From Octopus bimaculoides (lineage: Eukaryota), in the NCBI RefSeq assembly GCF_001194135.2, contig NC_068982.1, positions 3,838,534 through 3,883,563 of the forward strand: a DNA stretch of 45,030 nucleotides, in the 5' to 3' direction. Within the stretch, counting starts at the first letter, position 1; every line of letters starts with the position of its first letter. A program made the translations under genes and the position numbers. Below the pieces are notes generated by a model. That model had not been told where the DNA came from and searched no databases. It saw nothing but the letters and a program-made list of their open reading frames with translations. Of this stretch, positions 44,735 through 45,030 are shown one piece after another.

Positions 44735-45030
44735 GGCAGTGAAACATGGCAGTGAAACATGGGCTGTAACTGCTGAGGACATACGTAAGCTCGCAAGGAA
44801 TGAAGCCAGTATGCTCCGTTGGATGTGTAATGTCAATGTGAATACCCGTCAGAGTGTAAGTATCTTGAGAGAAAAGCTGAACATTAGAAGCATCAGTTGT
44901 GGCGTGCAAGAGAGACGATTGCGCTGGTATGGACATGTGGTGAGAATGGAGGAGGATAGCTGCGTGAAAAAGTGCCACACCCTAACAGTTGAGGGAACCC
45001 GTGGAAGAGGTAGGCCCAGGAAGACCTGGG
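44735..45030 (+). mobile_element. 5'-truncated RTE-clade LINE (RT C-terminus), runs off the window end
   Basis: GSETWAVTAEDIRKLARNEASMLRWMCNV...LREKLNIRSISCGVQERRLRWYGHVVRMEEDSCVKKCHTLTVEGTRGRGRPRKTW contains the RTE hallmarks GSETW, RLRWYGHV.RM and GRGRPRKTW. The frame is open. Confidence 0.93.

Overview
This is AT-rich, repeat-dense animal genomic DNA. The SINE/LINE/microsatellite landscape looks like a coleoid cephalopod, probably Octopus (inference). It has two N-gaps. One protein-coding gene spans most of the window on the minus strand: a 12-coding-exon SLC35F5 orthologue (orphan nucleotide-sugar-transporter/DMT family). I reconstructed it by hand from ATG 42380 to TGA 10838, all introns GT-AG and phases consistent (1383 nt, 460 aa). 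The rest is mostly tRNA-derived SINEs, 5'-truncated LINEs (CR1-like, RTE, R4/Dong), piggyBac-like MITEs and microsatellites. The most interesting signal is a Penelope-like element (PLE) family. A decayed GIY-YIG endonuclease C-terminus (3028-3318, not in the ORF track) runs directly into a terminal repeat made of a tRNA-like Pol III head, an (AAT)n linker, a minimal type I hammerhead ribozyme with a palindromic ACGU stem III, and a tail. The same unit occurs as solo SINE-like copies that all start at the tRNA-like head. One copy with an intact hammerhead core is in sense orientation in SLC35F5 intron 11. A second, unrelated 477-bp foldback element also carries hammerhead-like cores in both arms. 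Other structures are a 182-bp imperfect palindrome, a candidate H-type pseudoknot, and an R4/Dong element inserted into the (TAT)n tail of a CR1-like element. No database search or folding program was run. Family names rest on motif recognition, and most repeat boundaries are approximate.
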